A stretch of 64,000 bases of DNA from Candidatus Sabulitectum sp. GTDB lineage: Bacteria > Fermentibacterota > Fermentibacteria > Fermentibacterales > JCC-6. Positions within the stretch are counted from its first letter, which is position 1, and every line of letters starts with the position of its first letter. The translations under genes and the position numbers were made by a program. A model generated the notes under the pieces. The model was not told the DNA's origin. It saw nothing but the letters and a program-made list of their open reading frames with translations, and did not search any database. The stretch lies in NCBI GenBank assembly GCA_021107435.1, contig JAIOSV010000089.1:111347-175346 (forward strand), in the 5' to 3' direction. Below, in pieces: positions 59,688 to 64,000 of this stretch.

Positions 59688-59778
59688 CCGGAATATGGAA
59701 CTTGACTCAATTGAGCATGCACGTATATTAGTCTAGTCTAACTTTATCGTTCCTGCTCCAGCGGAAAGTACACCACAA

Positions 59779-60423
59779 ATGAAAGAAAGGTTAAACCCTG
59801 TGAAAAACAACTTCTGGCGAACATTTCTGCTTACTCTCGCCTTCTTTGGTGGATTGTACATGCTCCTTGTTTTTTCAGAGCGGATTTCTTACGATCTTTA
59901 CGACATAGTAGGATGGGGCACCGGCCTGATCTCCGTTGCCGCACTGATGCTGACCAGCAGGAAAGGGTGGAGCCGGTTTACAGCCAACATGCAGGGAATA
60001 GTTTCCGGTCTTTTCCTCTGGGGCTTCATCGGCGAATTCATGGAGGTAAAATACGGTCTGGTAGTTGCGGCATCCTCCTTCCTGCCGATACTGGCAGTGT
60101 TTGTAATCCTCTTCGTCGTGGTCCGTCGCGGAAAGCAGCTTGCGATACCCACAGCTTTTGCAGCCGGACATTTCCTGGGTATCTGGGGGCTTCACATGTG
60201 GATGATCTACCAGTTCGAGCACCTCAGCAGAACTCACTGGAGTACATACCTCTCAGCTGCTGTCGCGCTTCTTTTCGGCACAGCAGCCGTGATTCTCGGC
60301 AAAAAAAGCGAGAAGCTTAACAGGAAGATGGCACTTGCGCTGACAGCACTTCTGCTTCTCTGGACCGTTCTGGAGTATGTGTGGGGCTGGAGACTGATAC
60401 CCGGGCCCTACTCCATGGGTTAG
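59779..60423 (+). CDS. hypothetical polytopic membrane protein
   Basis: Five to six TM helices. Its 3' end (60283-60423) is duplicated at 62541-62679. Confidence 0.45.
   Translation: MKERLNPVKNNFWRTFLLTLAFFGGLYMLLVFSERISYDLYDIVGWGTGLISVAALMLTSRKGWSRFTANMQGIVSGLFLWGFIGEFMEVKYGLVVAASSFLPILAVFVILFVVVRRGKQLAIPTAFAAGHFLGIWGLHMWMIYQFEHLSRTHWSTYLSAAVALLFGTAAVILGKKSEKLNRKMALALTALLLLWTVLEYVWGWRLIPGPYSMG
60358..60423 (+). repeat. 66-bp perfect direct repeat (left copy) = 3' end of the membrane-protein gene including its stop
   Basis: ctctggaccgttctggagtatgtgtggggctggagactgatacccgggccctactccatgggttag is identical to 62614-62679. A further ~75 nt upstream are ~80% identical between the two copies. Confidence 0.8.
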
Positions 60424-60577
60424 AATTCCTCCAAACCTGCCTGGATGACAGTGACTGCAAGACGTCCGGGCAGGCGAGGAGGAAGTCCTCAACAGGACTT
60501 CTGCGCTTTCAAACAGGCGGCTTTCGTAACCTTCCCCATCAGTATTGATTCACGCACTTGAAAACCGGCGGATTCTA

Positions 60578-60757
60578 TCAGAGCAATCAATTCCCCTGCT
60601 CCAGGATTCCGGCTGTTTTGGGGACGGCAATCCCTACACTCTCAGGTAGCAAATCAGCATATTCAGCTTTGCTGGAAAATGAGGAACGGCCTTTCATGGA
60701 GGAGGCGGATTTCTCTTCAGTTAGAGCTTCCTGAATAACAGCTTTGTCTTCAGGCAT
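60578..60757 (-). CDS. possible small ORF (59 aa) downstream of the orphan gene
   Basis: MPEDKAVIQEALTEEKSASSMKGRSSFSSKAEYADLLPESVGIAVPKTAGILEQGN, with a TAAGGA SD 5 nt upstream. Not in the ORF track because it is under 60 aa. It could be spurious. Confidence 0.25.
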
Positions 60758-60837
60758 ATCCTTAGTTGAATAGTTTACCGTAACATCCGCCAGTTATGCT
60801 ATTCCTGGATCAGCCATTTCCCCTTTCCCGTATCGCT

Positions 60838-62286
60838 TTAGGATCTCTTTATCTCCATATCAATATCATTTAGCTGTTTTTCAGTGGTTTTCAGGCTTTC
60901 CCGGAGAAGTGCCAGAACCTGATCCTTTGATTTTCTGCTTCTCTCTGGATCATTCTCTATGGAGTTGAATATGTCTCTGGTGTTCTCGATGTCTGAAATA
61001 TGACTTTCCTTCAAGCTGAGAAGGTACATTCTGTTTGACTTTCTGCGGTCACGCAAGCGGTGGTTCTTTCTTATAAACATGTAGATCACGGGCATAAGAC
61101 ATAGAACCAGTGCAGCTGTTATTTTCGTCATTACAGATATGCCGGGAGCCAGTATTGCACCCAGCAGCGGAATGGACATTGCTAGAAAGGAAAGAAGCAT
61201 TATCCTTTCATTGCCCTTTTCTGTTTCCTTCTGAAGGATATGCTCGTCATGTGCTTTTCCGGGAGTGGTCAAGTTTTCAAGGGAGTATTTTATGTGGTCC
61301 ATATTCTTCAGAAGATTTTCTCGGTTTTCATGGTAGCCTTTCCTGTGCTTATCTATATAATTCTCCTCAAGCTCCGGGGATGAGATCTCATCTATCTGAT
61401 GCAGCATGCTTACGGTTGCTGCATAGAAGTCGAGATAATTCAGATCCCACACTTCAAGTTTATTTCTCAACTTATTCCAGTAGATTCTGTTCTTCTCGTT
61501 CAGATTCCTTTTAATGTATTTTGCTTGAGACCTTACTTTATCCAACCATTTGATAAGCATCTCATTGTAGAATTTGAAAAATGCCTTCCTGTATATATGC
61601 TGTCTTAAATAATGCAGAAATTCTTCTTCACACCCATAGCAGTAGTATGAATTTCCTCTCTTTATTACTTCTCCTTTAATCACAATTTCCTGTTTGATCC
61701 CGGAGTCGTCAGGAATACCTTCCTTCATCCCGATTATTACTGAACATTTCTCCACATGTCCCTGAACCAACAGGAATGTTTCATCCCCAAGAAAATAGGT
61801 GGTCAGCATAACCAGCTGCTTCACAGTTTTGTGAATATTCATCTGAGCGTTATCATCAAGGATATTTATATCAGACATTCTGAGAGTAATGGAAGCAAAC
61901 TGCATTGCTTTGAAGAAGAAACTCCAACTGTACTGCATGAGGGGATCCTCATGTCTTTCACCATTTACTACAAACACAAGTTTTTCCGAAACGAAATTGC
62001 TGGATTTGAAACGCACCGGAATGCTTTCTGCTTCAAAGCACACCTCGAAGATGATAATGCCCGTGGGGAACAGGAAGACATTCAGCTGAAAATCGATTTC
62101 TGAACCATGTTCGTCCGGTAAGATCTTTCCCCGTGATAGTCCCGAAAGGAGGATCCCTTCGATCCTCTTGTTAAGCTTAACACTTTCTGTTCTTACCTCG
62201 GGGTCTGCCTCCTGGATCTTTCTGGTCAGTTTAGATACTTCGATCTCACCGGAGATAGAAATTGTGAAATATCGGTTGATTCTCAT
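60838..62286 (-). CDS. orphan hypothetical protein, 482 aa, with a C-proximal two-helix membrane hairpin; AT-rich gene inside the insertion
   Basis: No recognisable motifs. Hydrophobic helices at ~LLSFLAMSIPLLGAILAPGISV and ~ITAALVLCLMPVIYMFI, followed by a charged ~100-aa tail. GC is visibly lower (~40%) than the flanks. Confidence 0.5.
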   Translation of the reverse strand: MRINRYFTISISGEIEVSKLTRKIQEADPEVRTESVKLNKRIEGILLSGLSRGKILPDEHGSEIDFQLNVFLFPTGIIIFEVCFEAESIPVRFKSSNFVSEKLVFVVNGERHEDPLMQYSWSFFFKAMQFASITLRMSDINILDDNAQMNIHKTVKQLVMLTTYFLGDETFLLVQGHVEKCSVIIGMKEGIPDDSGIKQEIVIKGEVIKRGNSYYCYGCEEEFLHYLRQHIYRKAFFKFYNEMLIKWLDKVRSQAKYIKRNLNEKNRIYWNKLRNKLEVWDLNYLDFYAATVSMLHQIDEISSPELEENYIDKHRKGYHENRENLLKNMDHIKYSLENLTTPGKAHDEHILQKETEKGNERIMLLSFLAMSIPLLGAILAPGISVMTKITAALVLCLMPVIYMFIRKNHRLRDRRKSNRMYLLSLKESHISDIENTRDIFNSIENDPERSRKSKDQVLALLRESLKTTEKQLNDIDMEIKRS

Positions 62287-62613
62287 TAATTCCTCCCATT
62301 GCCGGGACTTATTATAAGGACAGTTGATTTCTCATCATATCAGATTCAACTCCTGATATCTTTTCTGTTTACTTTCTCTCAGTTTCTTCATCTGAAGCCA
62401 AGGATACCATCAGAAATATTCCCGGTCAACGTGATGGTCAACTGATATTCATACTAAACCCTGCATAAGGGCACACCGCCCCCTTCGATACCGAATCGCT
62501 GAAAACTCCTACAGCCTCGATCCCGGAAAACCAGCATTGCCACCCTCCTCTTCGGCAGGAAAAGCGAGAAACTGAACAGAAAAATGGCACTTGCAGTGAC
62601 CGCCCTTCTACTC

Positions 62614-62679
62614 CTCTGGACCGTTCTGGAGTATGTGTGGGGCTGGAGACTGATACCCGGGCCCTACTCCATGGGTTAG
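62614..62679 (+). repeat. 66-bp perfect direct repeat (right copy); part of a 140-bp gene-3'-end remnant (62541-62679)
   Basis: The remnant translates in frame to LFGRKSEKLNRKMALAVTALLLLWTVLEYVWGWRLIPGPYSMG*. This is a diverged copy of the C-terminus of the 59779..60423 gene. Confidence 0.8.
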
Positions 62680-63037
62680 GAACTCTATTCCAGAAAATTT
62701 GCGATATTAACCAGCAAGCCTTTTGAAAATCTTGAAATAGATCGAAAATGGGTTTCCTGTTTTGTGGAATGGTGCAACGATGTTCATAGTCAAGTGCTAA
62801 ATGGTGAATAGAAGGATCTCCTGGAGAATAGAATCAAGGTTCATAAAGCTGCAAGGGCAAGAAACCTGAACTCTGGTCCCAAAAAAACAAGGAATTGGAA
62901 GCCAGTGATAGAAGTCTGGCTGAATCCTCCCCAGGAACACATAGTAAGCAATAATATTGATAGAAAAGGAGCTTTTAATCTCAGCATTAAATCAAAATAG
63001 CGGCGCATTATACCGACACTTATTGCCTGACAGGGTA

Positions 63038-64000
63038 CTAGTAACCAATCACCAAAACTTTATTGTCATACCAGCTTGCCACATACACATACTCCCCGGA
63101 GGGTAGTGAGCAGATATCCATGTTACGATTTCCTATTCCGATTGAATCAACTATCGTATTGTCCGACGTACGAATGACTGAAATGCTACCATAAATGCGT
63201 GATACATATACAAACTCCCCGGAGGGTAGTGAGCAGATGCCCGAGGGCCAGGTAACTTCGGAGCCCATATCGATTGATGCTTCTACTGTGTTATCCGATG
63301 TACGAATGACGACGATCTTCTCATTGTAAATACAATCACTTATAACATAAACATATTCTCCAGAGGGCAATGAACAGATTCTGTCGATCTCTCCTTCTAT
63401 ATCGAGTGAAGCGAAGATTGTATTATCCGATGTTCTAATAACAGAGAGATTATCAGAATCAAAACCAGTAGTAACATATACATACTCCCCGGAGGGTAGA
63501 GAGCAGATGCCATGTGTATCTTTACCCACATCGACTGTGGCCACAACAACATTATCTGATGTACGAATAACTGAAACAGCATCTTTTTCTGCTACATACA
63601 CATACTCCCCAGAGGGAAGAGAGCAGATGAAACCCGGGGATTCTCCTACATCGATTGTGGCAACTACTGTGTTACTCGATGTTCTTATAACAGAGACATT
63701 GTTGCTGCTTGGATTTGTGACATACAAATACTCCCCCGAGGGAAGTACGCAGATTGCACTCGGGCTATATCCTGAATTCACTGTAGCTACTACCGTGTTA
63801 TCCGACGTACGAATGACCAGAACAATGCCACCACTACCACTTGTAACGTAGACATACTCTCCAGAGGGAAGAGCACAAAGCTTATTGGGGCTGCAACTGA
63901 GATTAATTGTCGCAATCAGAGAATCAGGGAATTGTTTTTGCTCTGAGATCGCAAACTCATCACTCCAGCCGGTATTGCTACTGGTATCTTCTATTCTAAT
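63038..64000 (-). CDS. YVTN-family beta-propeller repeat protein (5' end beyond window)
   Basis: Six or more tandem ~43-aa units (ICSLPSGEYVYV...VSVIRTSDNTVVATIDVG). The frame stays open with no stop from 63781 to 64000. The track start at 63781 is an internal GTG. Confidence 0.7.
   Translation of the reverse strand: MRIEDTSSNTGWSDEFAISEQKQFPDSLIATINLSCSPNKLCALPSGEYVYVTSGSGGIVLVIRTSDNTVVATVNSGYSPSAICVLPSGEYLYVTNPSSNNVSVIRTSSNTVVATIDVGESPGFICSLPSGEYVYVAEKDAVSVIRTSDNVVVATVDVGKDTHGICSLPSGEYVYVTTGFDSDNLSVIRTSDNTIFASLDIEGEIDRICSLPSGEYVYVISDCIYNEKIVVIRTSDNTVEASIDMGSEVTWPSGICSLPSGEFVYVSRIYGSISVIRTSDNTIVDSIGIGNRNMDICSLPSGEYVYVASWYDNKVLVIGY

Noticed and set aside
63397-63851. Antisense ORFs within the YVTN repeat gene
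   Set aside because: They are products of the internal repeat structure. The sense frame is open through the window edge.

Overview
This 64-kb window looks like part of a bacterial chromosome at roughly 50% GC. The organism is probably an FCB-superphylum (Bacteroidota-related or candidate-phylum) bacterium, because two secreted beta-propeller proteins end in type-A T9SS C-terminal sorting domains. The layout is as follows. (1) 0-4.1 kb: small accessory genes (a Cys-rich hypothetical, an archaeal-type AAA ATPase, a nitroreductase and a lipoprotein). (2) 4.2-19 kb: a minus-strand core block, tRNA-Thr/Tyr/Gly/Thr - tuf - rpmG - tRNA-Trp - secE - nusG - rplKAJL - rpoBC - rpsLG. It ends in a strong terminator and fusA is absent from its usual place. 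(3) 19-30 kb: a lipoprotein plus a MacB/LolD-like ABC pair, a YVTN propeller with a T9SS CTD, a 1227-aa secreted TPR/FGE-sulfatase-domain protein, and two tandem cytoplasmic TPR paralogs ending in a Cys4 tail. (4) 30-41.5 kb: a glycan-type locus. It has a TPR plus C-terminal beta-barrel outer-membrane protein, a PNPOx-like protein, UppP, aspartokinase, four GT4 glycosyltransferases, a GNAT and a SAM methyltransferase. (5) 41.5-49.8 kb: an APH-like kinase, a Gate-domain membrane protein, the CCA enzyme, a DRTGG/BioD-like protein and an LVIVD propeller with a T9SS CTD. (6) 49.9-54.4 kb: a cassette-like islet in which five copies of a ~30-bp direct repeat delimit DUF3800, hipBA, vapBC and arsC modules. 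(7) 54.4-59.6 kb: porin-pstSCAB-phoU operon. (8) 59.8-62.7 kb: a membrane-protein gene whose 3' end is duplicated around a 2.1-kb AT-rich insertion carrying an orphan 482-aa two-TM protein. (9) 63-64 kb: a 5'-truncated YVTN propeller gene. The two most system-like unexplained structures are the repeat-delimited TA/DUF3800/arsC array and the att-like duplicated insertion. The provided ORF track renders GTG and TTG starts as M, so several starts were re-chosen from SD context.
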